Origin: Gemmatimonadota bacterium
Lineage (GTDB): Bacteria > Gemmatimonadota > Gemmatimonadetes > Gemmatimonadales > Gemmatimonadaceae
DNA: 64,000 bases
Direction of reading: 5' to 3'
NCBI GenBank assembly: GCA_040389905.1
Contig: JAZJZK010000005.1
Coordinates: 192,001-256,000, forward strand
Of the stretch, positions 28,797 to 41,000 are shown piece by piece. A model generated the notes under the pieces. It was not told the DNA's origin and searched no databases. It saw only the letters and a program-made list of their open reading frames with translations. Made by a program: the position numbers and the translations under genes. Positions within the stretch are counted from its first letter, which is position 1; every line of letters starts with the position of its first letter.

Positions 28797-31021
28797 TTGA
28801 CTCCTCCCGCACTGGCGACCGTTCCACCTTTGATATCGCGACCGAGGCGCTGCATGTACGAGATGATCGCGACGATTTCCTTGTCCTGAAGGCCGGTTGG
28901 GCCGCCGGATTGCGCGATGTCCGCTGCGATCTCCATCGCCTGCTTCTTCGCCATTGGCTCCGCACGCGTCAGCGCCTCGCCATACGGAACGCCGAGCATC
29001 GCCATCACGTCGACGCGACGTTGGATAACGGACCAGTCGATGCTGTTGGTCGCGAAATGACCATACGTCGGCATGATGGATTTCGCCGCGATGTCACGCG
29101 GGTTCGCAAAGTGGCGCACATGCCAGAGGTTGGGATACTTGCCGCCTTCGCGAGCCAGATCCGGCCCGATACGCCGCGAGCCCCAGAGAAACGGATGGTC
29201 GTAGACCGACTCGCCGGGCTTCGAGTATTCGCCGTAGCGTTCTGTCTCGTACCGCAACGGACGGATCATCTGCGAGTGGCAGTTGAAGCACCCTTCACGG
29301 ATGTAGATGTCACGGCCGTGCAGCTCGAGCGGGGTGTACGGCTTGACCGAGGCAATCGTCGGGACATTCGACTTGATGAGAAAGGTCGGAATGATCTCGA
29401 AGAGTGACGCGACAGCGACCGCAACGAGCACGAGTACCGTGAAGACGAGGGGCATCCGCTCCCAGTCGCGATGGAAGCGCAGTGAGTTGAAGCGTGCGAC
29501 GAGTCCACCCGCGACCGGTTCCTGCGCTGGCTCGACGTATTGCTTCGACAATGGTGCGGCACGGACGACAGGCACCTCGTACACAGCAGGGCGGCGGCGC
29601 CACGTCATCAGGATGTTCCATCCGAACAGGAACATGCCGACGATGTAGAGTGATCCGCCGACGACGCGCATCCAGTACATCGGAATCAGGCGGGCCACGG
29701 TCTCGACGAAGTCCGGATAGCTCAGCCGCCCCGTTTCGTCGAATGCGCGCCACATCAGCCCCTGCGTAAGACCGGCGCTGTAGATCGCGACGACATACAG
29801 CACGATTCCGAAGGTGGCGATCCAGAAATGGTAGGATGCGAGCTTCTTGCTGTAGAGCGGCGCCTGGAAGAGGCGCGGCAACAGCCAATAGATCATGCCA
29901 AAGGTGATGAACCCATTCCATCCGAGTGCGCCGGTGTGGACGTGCGCGATGATCCAGTCGGTGTAATGGGCAAGCGAGTTGACGCTCTTGATGGAGAGCA
30001 TCGGCCCTTCGAACGTGGACATGCCGTACGCGGTGATGCCGACGACGAAGAACTTGAGGATCGGATCATCGACGACCTTGTGCCATCCACCACGCAACGT
30101 GAGCAGTCCATTGATCATGCCTCCCCAACTCGGCGCCCACAACATGACGGAGAACAGCATGCCGACGGTCGATGCCCATTCCGGCAATGCCGTGTAGTGG
30201 AGGTGGTGCGGGCCCGCCCAGATGTACAGAAACACGAGCGACCAGAAATGCAGAATAGAGAGCCGGTAGCTGAAGACCGGCCCCTCCGCGGCCTTCGGCA
30301 TGAAGTAGTACATCAGGCCGAGGAATGGCGTCGTCAGGAAGAAAGCAACGGCGTTGTGGCCGTACCACCACTGCATGAAGGCGTCCTGCACACCGGCATA
30401 GATGCTGTAGCTCTTGAGCGCATCGGCCGGGATGGCGAGGTTGTTGAAGATGTGGAGGATGGCGACGGTGACAATACTCGCGACGTAAAACCAGATCGCG
30501 ACGTAGAGGTGCCGCTCGCGTCGCTTGACCATCGTGCCGATGAAGTTGATCGCGAAGAGGACCCAGACCACCGCGATCGCGATGTCGATCGGCCACTCGA
30601 GCTCCGCGTACTCCTTCGCCTGCGTGAATCCGAAGGGCAGCGTGAGGGCGGCTGAGAGAATGATCGCTTGCCAGCCCCAGAAATGAATCTTGCTGAGTGT
30701 GTCGGAGAACATGCGCGCCTTGAGCAGGCGCTGCGTGCTGTAATAGCATCCGCAGAAGAACGCATTCCCTGCGAATGCAAAGATGACCGCGTTCGTGTGC
30801 AGCGGCCGCAGCCGCCCGAAGCTCGTGAATGGCAGCCCAAAATTGAAGGCCGGATTCGCGAGCTGAAGCGCGATCAGCAAGCCCACCAGCATGCCGATCA
30901 GTCCCCACACGAACGTGGCAAAGAGAAACTTCCGTACGACGTCGTCGTCGTAGGAAAACTCGTCCATCGCATGCGACGGAGGAGCGTACGTGGACGGAAC
31001 GGTACCGACAAATCCTGTCAT
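28793..31021 (-). CDS. ccoNO: Fused cbb3 oxidase subunits I and II
   Basis: RLRPLHTN, WWYGHNAV, WAGPHHL, then GRDIYIREGCFNCHSQMIR and GPDLAR. Start 31021 (GAGG upstream) or 30967. Confidence 0.95.
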   Translation of the reverse strand: MTGFVGTVPSTYAPPSHAMDEFSYDDDVVRKFLFATFVWGLIGMLVGLLIALQLANPAFNFGLPFTSFGRLRPLHTNAVIFAFAGNAFFCGCYYSTQRLLKARMFSDTLSKIHFWGWQAIILSAALTLPFGFTQAKEYAELEWPIDIAIAVVWVLFAINFIGTMVKRRERHLYVAIWFYVASIVTVAILHIFNNLAIPADALKSYSIYAGVQDAFMQWWYGHNAVAFFLTTPFLGLMYYFMPKAAEGPVFSYRLSILHFWSLVFLYIWAGPHHLHYTALPEWASTVGMLFSVMLWAPSWGGMINGLLTLRGGWHKVVDDPILKFFVVGITAYGMSTFEGPMLSIKSVNSLAHYTDWIIAHVHTGALGWNGFITFGMIYWLLPRLFQAPLYSKKLASYHFWIATFGIVLYVVAIYSAGLTQGLMWRAFDETGRLSYPDFVETVARLIPMYWMRVVGGSLYIVGMFLFGWNILMTWRRRPAVYEVPVVRAAPLSKQYVEPAQEPVAGGLVARFNSLRFHRDWERMPLVFTVLVLVAVAVASLFEIIPTFLIKSNVPTIASVKPYTPLELHGRDIYIREGCFNCHSQMIRPLRYETERYGEYSKPGESVYDHPFLWGSRRIGPDLAREGGKYPNLWHVRHFANPRDIAAKSIMPTYGHFATNSIDWSVIQRRVDVMAMLGVPYGEALTRAEPMAKKQAMEIAADIAQSGGPTGLQDKEIVAIISYMQRLGRDIKGGTVASAGGVK

Positions 31022-31238
31022 CCGGCGGGCCTCGGACGTGTGGTGAGCGCGGGGAGTGATGCGACAGTCCATGCGACCGCAGCGCGCGCACCCGATGTCC
31101 GGGTGTGCTCGACGCGACGTGACAGAATGATCGGATCGAATGCAGCGGGCCGTAGGCAGGAGTTCCCCGGCGGTACGCACTGCAAACTCTTACCGCGCTG
31201 TCGGGAGTTTCCCGACAGGCGGCAACGTCCTGAAGCGG

Positions 31239-31625
31239 CTAGGCCGCCAGGGCAGCCATCACCGGGCCGGCGCCAACGAGACGCTTTCCGACGAGGTCGA
31301 CGACCATGTTCATACCTTCGAGTGTGCGCGCGCCGAGCAACACGAGGTCGCCCGGTTCGCCGAAGACAATCTCGTCAACAGTGACCGTGCCCGCGGCGTG
31401 CACGACGGCGAAGCCCACCGAGCGAACGAGCACCGTGCCGCTCGCCTGCTGAAAGCGAATCTGCTTCACACGCGTGATGCCCAGCTCCTCGAGCACGCTC
31501 GCGGGCGCCCAGGACAGCTCGGCGCCGGTATCCACCATCACCGACTGCAGGATTCTGCGCTCCCCGGGGTTGGCGTGATTCTCGAGTTCGATGTCGATTC
31601 TGAGGATTCCCATGTCGTCGGACAT
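31239..31625 (-). CDS. Clan AA (retropepsin-like) aspartic protease
   Basis: MVDTGA and LLGARTLE; AGGAG ribosome-binding site. Confidence 0.85.
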   Translation of the reverse strand: MSDDMGILRIDIELENHANPGERRILQSVMVDTGAELSWAPASVLEELGITRVKQIRFQQASGTVLVRSVGFAVVHAAGTVTVDEIVFGEPGDLVLLGARTLEGMNMVVDLVGKRLVGAGPVMAALAA

Positions 31626-31691
31626 GATAGCTCCTGAAGACGTTGAATGAAGCATCATTCGAACGCGCGGCGTGTCAATCCCACGCGGGCG

Positions 31692-33188
31692 TCAGGCGGT
31701 CGCCATCGCTGGCCAACGATCACGCCATGGCCGCGCTTGCTCGAGCTGGCCAGCCAACCGAAAGAGCATGCCGTCGTTCCCGAACGCCGCCGCGAGTTGC
31801 ACACCAATGGGAAGGCCCTCAGCGTTCCAGTACAGTGGAACCGACATCGCCGGCTGGCCCGTGGTGTTGAACAGTGGCGGATACGGGATGAAATCAAAGA
31901 CCTGTGCCGCCGCCTGCTTGATCGCACCACCACGCTTCATCAGGCCTCCGGCACGCAACGCACCCAGCGTGCGAAGCGCCATCTCCTCGGACTTCTTCGG
32001 CTTGAGCGAACCGTGAGGAACGGGTGGCATGCCAAGCGTCGGCGTGAGCAACACGTCGACCGACTGAAAGAATTGTCCCATCGCGCGCGCGGTGCGCTGG
32101 ATGTAGCGAACTGCCGACGTGAACTCTCCTGCGGTGATCGAGCGGCCGAGCAGCGAAAGCGCCCACGTCGTGTACTCGACATCCTCTCGCCGCACGCGCC
32201 GCCCCAGACGATGCTCTGCATCCTCGAGATCAGCGACGAGTTCGCCGCACACGACGGTCATGAAGGCGAAGTTGAATGTCTCGCGGTCGATGACGGGCGT
32301 CTTCTCGACCAGTTCGTGGCCGAGTGATTCGAGCAGCGTCGCCGCATCGCGCATCGCCGCCGAGCAGTCCGGATGTATGTCGTGTCCGAGCAGCGGCGCG
32401 TCCGTGAATGCAATGCGAAGCTTGCCGGGCGGAGTCGAGACTTCGTCGAGAAAGGGACGAACGCGCGCCGGAGCAGCGTATGGTGCCCCGATCTCGTCGC
32501 CCTGCAATGCATCGAGCATGGCCGCTGAGTCACGCACGGAGCGCGTCAGTACGCCTTCGGTCACGGCGCCTCCCCAGATCTCGCCGTCGTCGGGCCCCGT
32601 CGGGACGTAGCCGCGCGTTGGCTTGAAGCCGAAGATGCCGCAGCACGAGGCCGGAATGCGAATGGAGCCACCGCCGTCGCCTCCGCCCGCCATCGGCACC
32701 ATGCCACTCGCCACCGCGGCGCCAGATCCGCCGCTCGATCCTCCGGTCGTGCGTTCGACATTCCACGGATTCCGCGTCGGCCCGAAGAGCTCCGGCTCGG
32801 TAAACGGCGTGAGCCCGAATTCCGGCGTGTTCGTCTTACCAAGGACGATGACGCCTGAACGGCGGTAGCGCGCCATCACCTCGGAGTCGTGTGGCGGCAC
32901 AAAGCCGCGATACAGCCGGCTTCCGCTCGCCATCGGCTCGCCGGCGTATGCTGTGAGGAGATCCTTGATGAGAAAGGGAACGCCAGCAAACGGTGCGTCG
33001 TCACGCGGTGTGTCCGCTGCGCGCCGCGCCGCATCGAACATGGGATGAATGACCGCGTTCAGCGCGGGGTTGAGTCGTTCGATGCGCGCAATGGCGACAT
33101 CCACCAACTCGCGCGAGGAGACTTGCCGCGTGCGAATGAGCTCGGCGAGCCCGAGGGCGTCGTATCGAATGAAGTCGGTGGAATTCAT
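31692..33188 (-). CDS. Amidase-signature family enzyme
   Basis: [35 protein letters not shown]. Confidence 0.95.
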   Translation of the reverse strand: MNSTDFIRYDALGLAELIRTRQVSSRELVDVAIARIERLNPALNAVIHPMFDAARRAADTPRDDAPFAGVPFLIKDLLTAYAGEPMASGSRLYRGFVPPHDSEVMARYRRSGVIVLGKTNTPEFGLTPFTEPELFGPTRNPWNVERTTGGSSGGSGAAVASGMVPMAGGGDGGGSIRIPASCCGIFGFKPTRGYVPTGPDDGEIWGGAVTEGVLTRSVRDSAAMLDALQGDEIGAPYAAPARVRPFLDEVSTPPGKLRIAFTDAPLLGHDIHPDCSAAMRDAATLLESLGHELVEKTPVIDRETFNFAFMTVVCGELVADLEDAEHRLGRRVRREDVEYTTWALSLLGRSITAGEFTSAVRYIQRTARAMGQFFQSVDVLLTPTLGMPPVPHGSLKPKKSEEMALRTLGALRAGGLMKRGGAIKQAAAQVFDFIPYPPLFNTTGQPAMSVPLYWNAEGLPIGVQLAAAFGNDGMLFRLAGQLEQARPWRDRWPAMATA

Positions 33189-33327
33189 GGTACAGGAGTC
33201 AATGCGGTGGAATGATGCGAGCGCAAGCGATGACGCGCGAATCCGAAGCCAAACTACGTTGAAGGCATGCCAAGCGCAGCGGCCGACCTTCCAGTCACAA
33301 TGCGGCAAAACCGTCCGCTAGTGGACG

Positions 33328-33358
33328 ATGATAACATAGTTGCGTACGTTGTTATCAT
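33328..33358. promoter_or_regulatory. Probable autoregulatory operator of the TA operon
   Basis: Perfect 9-bp inverted repeat ATGATAACA-N13-TGTTATCAT overlapping the antitoxin start. Confidence 0.6.
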
Positions 33359-33581
33359 GATTCGGACGCAGATCAGCCTCACGCAGGCGGAGTACCGCGC
33401 TGCCAAGAAGGAAGCTCGCCGCCTGGGCGTGTCACTGGCCGAGCTGCTCCGCCGTTCGCTCCGAGGTCTCCTGCCGTCGGATGATGCGAGGCCGTGGATG
33501 CGATACGCCGGGATGATCGAGTCGGGAGATCCCGAGTCGTCCCAGCACATTGACGACGTCATCTATGGCCAGAAGGACTGA
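33357..33581 (+). CDS. vapB: RHH/CopG-type antitoxin
   Basis: MIRTQISL...ARRLGVSLAELLRR; overlaps the PIN gene. Confidence 0.8.
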   Translation: MIRTQISLTQAEYRAAKKEARRLGVSLAELLRRSLRGLLPSDDARPWMRYAGMIESGDPESSQHIDDVIYGQKD

Positions 33582-33978
33582 GGCATACGTCGACACATCG
33601 GCGCTGATTGCATTCTGCGATCGGTCCGATACGCACCACCCGCTTTTTCGACGACTCTTCGGCGATCCACCCGGGCTGGTGACTACGACACTTGTCATCG
33701 CCGAGGGGCACGGCTGGTTCCTGAAGCGGTACGATCGCACTCGCGCGCTCCAGTTCATGTCATTCGTCGAGGAACTCGCGCCACTTCGCGTTTTCCCAAC
33801 GGGAGCCGACGAGATAGCCGGAGGAGCGAGCATCCTGCGTCGTTTCGCCGATCAGAATCTCACATTGACGGATGCAGTTGGCCTTCATTTGATGAAAGTG
33901 AAGCGCACCCGGTCGTGCTGGTCAACGGACCGTCATTTGAGGCTGACGGGAGTGCCGCTGATCATCGATGACGTATGA
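33565..33978 (+). CDS. vapC: PIN-domain toxin
   Basis: YVDTSALIA, D.HH, VIAE, LTLTDA, STDRH. Confidence 0.88.
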   Translation: MARRTEAYVDTSALIAFCDRSDTHHPLFRRLFGDPPGLVTTTLVIAEGHGWFLKRYDRTRALQFMSFVEELAPLRVFPTGADEIAGGASILRRFADQNLTLTDAVGLHLMKVKRTRSCWSTDRHLRLTGVPLIIDDV

Positions 33979-33992
33979 CGTGCCAAGCGGGT

Positions 33993-34898
33993 TTATCCGT
34001 TTCCCATGCCGACGATCCGTAGCGTTCCAGGCACGCAACTCACAGAGAGGACGTTGGAATCGTGACGGAGATACTCGCCATCGACGTCGTACGCCGGCGC
34101 TGACGAGAACCGCAACTCGAGTGATGCCGCATGCGCGGTGCGTACATCGGCTTCGGCACCATGTGTTCCGCGCACTGCCTTGCTGAAGAGATGCAGGCGG
34201 CGCGCTGACGAAGCGTCGTGAATGGCGACGACGTCGAGCAGCCCGTCCAGGAGCGATGCATCCGGCGCAATCTGAAACGAACCACCGAACCGCCGCCCGT
34301 TTGCCACGACGAGCAACAGATGTCGCCGGTTGCCGTGTGCGGTGCCATCCACGTTGACATCGACGTCGATACCTCGGTACCCCGTGAGCTCCCGCAACGC
34401 AGCGTAGAGATACAGTGCATCACCATTGAGCCACGGCGTGCGCGCGCACCGCTCGAGCACAGCCACGTCGAAACCGACGCCGAGCGCGTTCAGGAAGTAG
34501 CGATCCTCGACGCGCCCGACGTCGATACGTGTGTCGGGGCCATCGACCGAGAGCCGCGCGGTCGCCTCGATGTCTCGTGCGGGAACGCCGGCGGTCTTTG
34601 CAAAGTCGTTGCCCGTACCAGCGGCGATCAGCGCAAGACGGCAATCGGGATTTGTATGAAGGAGCGCATTGGCCACGTTGCTCCACGTTCCATCGCCGCC
34701 AACCGCGACGAGCGTCGTCGCGCCCCCATCGATGGCTCGGCGGGCGAGAAGTGATTCGTTCTCGTCTCGTGAGGTGAGCGAGATCCGCGAGATGCCGACC
34801 GCTCCGAAGGCCGCACGAACGCGTTCGAGAACGCGTGCGCCGCGTCCGCGGCCGGACGCCGGATTGACGATCACATGTACCTGCGATGCGCTGCTCAT
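33993..34898 (-). CDS. Diacylglycerol/lipid kinase family (YegS/DAGK)
   Basis: VNPASG, GGDGT, GTGNDFA, NGRRFGG, DGE. Confidence 0.92.
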   Translation of the reverse strand: MSSASQVHVIVNPASGRGRGARVLERVRAAFGAVGISRISLTSRDENESLLARRAIDGGATTLVAVGGDGTWSNVANALLHTNPDCRLALIAAGTGNDFAKTAGVPARDIEATARLSVDGPDTRIDVGRVEDRYFLNALGVGFDVAVLERCARTPWLNGDALYLYAALRELTGYRGIDVDVNVDGTAHGNRRHLLLVVANGRRFGGSFQIAPDASLLDGLLDVVAIHDASSARRLHLFSKAVRGTHGAEADVRTAHAASLELRFSSAPAYDVDGEYLRHDSNVLSVSCVPGTLRIVGMGNG

Positions 34899-34958
34899 GC
34901 GAACCAATGTGCCATACGGATGGTGGTCGCGCTGGTGGTGCGCATGTAAATGATGATC

Positions 34959-34987
34959 TGGACAGCAATACCCAGCGAGCACATCTT
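34959..34987 (+). promoter_or_regulatory. Putative sigma70 promoter of giant gene 1
   Basis: TGGACA-N17-CATCTT; both hexamers and the spacing recur at 41045-41073 with a diverged spacer. Confidence 0.55.
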
Positions 34988-35034
34988 CTGGACCCACCCC
35001 GTCTATGTGAGATCACCCCGTCGTCGGCGCCACC

Positions 35035-38000
35035 ATGCTGATTGATCTCCGAATCGCCCGCCGGGCCCGCGTTGTCGCTGTGGTTTCCGCCGGCGTCGTT
35101 GCTGCATCGGCACTGCTTCCATCGCGCGGCTCGGCCCAGGGTGCGGTCGCGGTGAATGTATCGGATAGCGCGCAGATCTCGGTTGTCCGTAACAAGACGC
35201 TGCGAATCCCGATCGTCCTTGTGCCGACGGGCGGGATAGACATCGCGTCATTCCAGGGTGACATCACCTTTGGCACTGCGCGTCTACGGTTCGATTCCCT
35301 GACCACAGGACCCTTTGGCGTGCTCACGCCGAATACGTCGAACGCCGCCTCGGGCGCGTTGGTGCTCAACGCGACGCGCGCGAGCGGCCAGCCCGCCCGT
35401 GACACGATTGCGAATCTGTATTTCACCGCGGACAACGTGCTCACTGGCGCGTTGTCGTTCGCGCAGCTTGGCGGATCCCGCGTGAGCGCGAGGCCGACCG
35501 CGGCGACGAATGGCGCGGCAGCGAACATTCTGGCGAGTGTCTTCCCGCGACAACTCGATGTCTGTGTGGTTACCGGCGTCTGGGGCGATGTAAACGATGA
35601 TGGTGGAGTCAATGTCATCGATGCCCAGCAGATTGCTCGCTATTCCGTCGGCCTTTCGGTGTTGAATGATTCCGCGGTGATACAGCGCGGTGACGTGACG
35701 GCCAGCAACAGTGTCGATATCATCGATGCGCAGCAGATCGCCCGCTACTCGGTGGGCCTGTCCGCGGCGGCGCGTATCAATACGCCTGCATTTCTCCCCG
35801 CCGCTGTCGCGAGCATGACCGCGTCGCCCGGAGGCACGCAGAATGTGGCCGTCGGGGGAACGCTTCAGCTCACCGCCGATCCGACGAACGCTACTGGCGC
35901 GTCTGTCTCGGGATGTGCGCTCGTGTCCTGGTCCACGTCGGATGCGGGGAAGGCGACGGTGTCTGCGAGCGGTCTTGTAACGGGCGTGGGAAATGGAAGT
36001 GCCGTCATCACGGCGACCAGCGGAGCGAAGACGGCGACCGTCACCGTGAACGTAGGGCCGGTCAATGGGGGAACGGTGAGCGCGATCGAGTTCGTGAATG
36101 GCGCCAGTCAGTATGGCTATACGAATGCCACCGTTCCCGTTGAAATGCGCGCAGTGAATGCCACCGGTGGAACCGTGCCTGGTGCAACGATCACCCTCAG
36201 TCTCACGAGTGGACCCGGTACGCTGATCGGTCCCAGCGGAACAACCGCGACGGTGAACGTGGTCAGCGACGCCAATGGGCTCGCGACAGCGACGTTCTCG
36301 ACAACCACCGCCGGAGCGTCCGTCCTCAATGTCTCTGCGGCCGGCATCACCCCAGTGACGGCGTCGGTCACGGCGATCACCCGCTTCATCGGCCAGCACA
36401 TCTGCATGGGGAACTTCTGGTCGATTCGCTGCTGGGGCAACAATTCCCTCGGCCAGCTCGGGGACGGGACCACGAGCAATAGCCTTGTCCCCGTGAACGT
36501 GAATCTCTCGGGCATTGCGCTCGCACTTCCGCAGGCCAGTGTGACAGTCAGCCCGCAAGGGATCGGCGACCACACCTGCCTCCTCGACGACGCCGGCAAA
36601 GCGTATTGCTGGGGATCGAATACGGCTGGCCAACTGGGCGATGGCACGCAGGTGAACAGGAACAATCCGACAGCCGTGAACACCGCGCTTCGCTTCACCG
36701 CCATCGCGACTGGTAGCGAGCACACGTGTGCATTGACGAGTGGCGGCGAGATGTACTGTTGGGGTTCCAACTTCGTCGGACAGATCGGTGACGGGACCCG
36801 AGCGAATATCCGCCCTGCCCCGACGCGGGTAAGCGCGGCCGCCGGTGTCACGTTCGTGTCGATTGCGCTCGGAAGCCAGCACAGCTGCGCGATTGGCCAG
36901 AACGTCGTGACGTATTGCTGGGGCTCGAACGCGAGTGGCCAACTCGGTGACGGGACGTTGGTCGATCGCGCTGCGCCTACTGTCGTCACGGGTTCATTGG
37001 CGTTGACTACGGTGAGCGCTGGAGACACGCACACCTGCGGCTTGACGGCCGCAGGCGCGGCCTTCTGCTGGGGAGCGCGCGCCAATGGTGCGCTGGGCGA
37101 CGGAGGCAGCACCTCGCTCTCGCAGCCGACACCGGTTGCCGTCGCCAACAACCATGTGTTCCAGTCGATTCATGCGGGCTGGCTGTACACCTGCGGCGCG
37201 AAGGCCAACGGAGAAGTCTGGTGTTGGGGTGCGAACTTCTTCGGTCGCTTCGGCGATGGGACGACCACGGCGACTTACACCGTACCCACCTTTATTCCGT
37301 TCAACGGCCACGCCATTCGCGCGAGTGGTTGGAACAACACGCTGTCCGCGATTACAACCTGCGGCCTCGCGGCAGGCACGGAGCAGGTGTTGTGCTGGGG
37401 CCGGAATTCGCAGGGATTCGTCGGCGACGGAACCACCACCGATCGACTGCTTCCCACGGTCGTTGCGCAGGCTGGCGCAGCGGTCGGAGCGTTTGGAGCG
37501 CTGCGACCCGTCCTCCCCCTTGTGCCGCCGAGTGCCACGAAGGGATCCGCGGTTGCGGACAATCCGACGATTCTCCTGCGTGACCGGCTTGGAAACCCGA
37601 TCGCTGGAGCGACGATAGAGTTCTTCGTCACATCGGGCGGCGGCACCATCGCGAATGCCACAACGACGACGGATGGGTCCGGGCAGGCATCTGGTGGAAC
37701 ATGGACACTCGGGCCAAATGCGGGCATCAATCGGCTCACGGCGCGCGTCGCGATAACAGGGCCGAGCGGAGCGTCGGGCTATACGAGCTACGTCTTCGTG
37801 GCGTTCGGGACGAACGTGGCAGCGAACATCTCGATTTTTGCGGGCAACAACCAGGTGCAGCGGCAGAGCCTGACGTATCCTGGCGCGCTGACGGTGCTGG
37901 TTACGGATGCCGCTTCGGTGCCGATTCCGAATGTGCAGATCACCTTCGCCGTCGCATCCGGTGGAGGCTTCGTGAGCAATTCCGCCGGGGCCAGTTCCTC

Positions 38001-41000
38001 GTCTGCAACGTTGCTTACTGACGCCAATGGGTTGGCGCGGACGCTTGCGAGCGCACCCGGTGTGGCGCAGGCGCAGACGATCACGGCGACCGGAGCGGGA
38101 CTGTCGGCCGTCACCTTCAACCTGAGATCGGCGCCTCTCTTCAACAACGGCGTGCACTGTGAATTGACGTCCGCGGGGGCTGCCTACTGCTGGGGATCGA
38201 ACGATCACGGACAAGTCGGCGATGGTACAACGACGACGCCGCGAGTCTTGCCGACCGCCGTGACTGGCGGTGTGGCATTTACCTCGCTGGCCGATGGTGT
38301 CGGCGACCACATGTGCGGACTGACGGTGGCGGGTGTGGCGTGGTGTTGGGGATCGAATGCCTTCGGCCAGCTCGGTGACAACACGACGACAGACCGGCCG
38401 GCTCCGACCCAGGTCGGTGGTGGCCTCACCTTCACGAAACTGGTCATCAGCTTCACGAGCACCTGCGGCCGCACCTCGGCGGGTGCGCTGTACTGTTGGG
38501 GCGGGGCTGGCAACGGGATCTACGGAGACGGCGCGATCGGGATCGTTCGAATGTTGCCCACGGCCGCCACGGTCGGTGGCCTCGTGTTCAGCGATCTGGC
38601 GATGTACGGATCGGTGTCCGGGTCACACCTCTGCGGAATCGCCACTGGGGGCGCCGCGTACTGCTGGGGCTTGAACGACGCCGGCCAACTCGGGGACGGC
38701 TCCTTCACCAACCGCACTGCGCCAGCGGCTGTCGCCGGCGGACTCGCGTTCACGAAAATCTCGGCGGGAGACCGCCTTACGTGTGGACTCGTGAGCACAG
38801 GCCAGGTGCACTGCTGGGGTCTGGGCATTTCGGGCCAGATGGGGAACGGAACGACCTCGTCGTCCGCGATTCCGGTTACTGGCCCCACGAACTACAACTT
38901 CGTCGCATTCTCGACCTCGGGCGCCACATCGTGTGGCATCAACAACGTCGGTGCCGCGTATTGCTGGGGTGCCTTCGCGAGCGGGCAGGGTGGTGACGGC
39001 ACCACGGTGAACAAGAGCAGTCCGACGCGCGTGGAGGGAAGCATCGCGTTTGGTGCACTCCGCTTACGTGGCGCCACCTCGTGTGGCCGCGCCGCTGGCG
39101 GATCGGCGCACGTGTACTGCTGGGGTAACAACGTCAACGGCCAGGTTGGCGACAACAGCGTCGCGAATCGCACGACGCCCACGGCCACCACCTGGCCCGA
39201 GGGCGTGGCTGGTGCGGCGGTGTCGGTGGTGGTGAGTGCTGATAATCCGGCCGGTTATCCGGGATCGGCCGCATGGCCGGCACCCTCCGTTCTCGTGCGT
39301 GACTACGTGGGGAATCCAGTGAGTGGCGTGAGCGTCACCTTCACGGTGAAATCGGGTGGTGGAAGCGTGACCGGGTCTACAGCCGTCACCGACGCCAATG
39401 GAATCGCCACGGTCGGCAGTTGGATACTCGGTGGCGCCGCTTCGCAGACGCTTTCTGCCACCGCGGCCGGCCTGTCGGCCGCAATCTTCAGCGCAAACCC
39501 CATTGCGTTCTCCGAAACGACGATCGCATCGCTGTATCGCACCATCTGGGGCGCCACGGCGGGCTGCAACAACTGCATTAACACACAGGCGCACGCGATG
39601 GCGCTGGAGAACTACTCCGAGCTTTCGAATTTCTCGATGAAAGTGCGCTCGGTCATTCCACGCACGGCGATCGGGAACGATGCCATCGACTCTTCCGCCA
39701 CGGCGAACTATTCCACGTTCCGCGCCCTCGCCGACGTCGCGCGAGCGGCGGCGTACAGCATTCAGACGGTCAACAGCATTGCCGGCGCTGGTGGCGGCAC
39801 CAATACCGCGTTCGGCTCGAAGGCACAGGATGCGCGTGGCCGTGCCTTTGCGTTTTTCAACGCGGGATGGGCGCTCGGTAGTCTGGCCCTCGCGTTTGAC
39901 TCGTCGGCGATTGTTACGCCAGCCTCGCCGTCGGGCGTCAATCCGCCGCTCTCCGGGTATCGGGATGTCAGTGACGCCGCCATTCGAATGCTCGACTCCG
40001 CAATTGCATGGGCCACGAGTTCCGACATTACGAATGGCGCGAATGGATTCCCGCTTCCAAGTTCGTGGATCAATGGCAATCCCCTCTCCCAGGCGCAGTT
40101 CGTAGCACTGGTGCGCTCACACCGCGCTCGAATTCGCGCGGGTGTTTCACGTTCACCAGCAGAGCGAGCTGCGGTAAACTGGGGCGCAGTGGTCGCCGAC
40201 GCGCAGAACGGGATTGCGTCCGACTTCCAGCTTAGCCTGTCCGTGAGCGCGGGGTGGTCTGGTACGCTGGTCTTCGATACCCAGCAGATGTATTCGTCTG
40301 CGCAATGGCACCAGCTCAGCATGTTGATGTTCGGCATGGCCGATACGACCGGCGCGTACGCCAGCTACCTGGCGTCGCCACTCAGCACCCGCGACGGCAT
40401 GTTCCTGGTGCGGACGCCCGACCTGCGCTTCCCGCAGGGCGCATCGCGAGCCGCACAGCAGGCCGACACGCCGACGCCGCTGCCAGCAGGGCGCTACATC
40501 CGCAATCGCTCTGCGGGGGAGGACATCTTCAACAGCGCGAGCTACAGTAACTCGTTCTACGACTTCCGCAGGTGGCAGCCGATCTCCGGATCCGGCAACG
40601 GACAGTGGACGCAGATGTCCAAAGTCGAGAACGACATGCTCGCCGCCGAGGGGATGATCCGTACGGGCAACTATCCCGGCGCTGCCGTCTTGATCAATGC
40701 ATCGCGCTCGGCGCATGGGTTACCGGTGATCACGGCGTTCAATAACAGCTCACCGGTCCCCGGTGGCAACGCATGCGTTCCGAAGATCCCGCTCCCGCCC
40801 TCGTACAACACCGCCGGATGCGGCAACATGTTCGAGGCGCTCAAGTGGGAGAAGCGTATGGAGACGCTGTATTCGTGCTCTTTCATGTGCTGGTTCACGG
40901 ACAGCCGCGGCTGGGGTGATCTACCTGAGGGCACTCCCGTTCACTGGCCGGTACCGTATCAGGAATTGGACGCCCGCGGCAAGCCGCGCTATCAAATGGC

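Noticed and set aside
31100..31145. Possible FNR box upstream of ccoNO
   Set aside because: The best match (ATGATCGGATCGAA) deviates too far from TTGAT-N4-ATCAA.
36400..39200. Recurring TGCTGGGG...GGCGACGG DNA repeats as a possible CRISPR or DGR
   Set aside because: They are degenerate coding RCC1 repeats with no fixed repeat-spacer structure, no cas genes and no reverse transcriptase.
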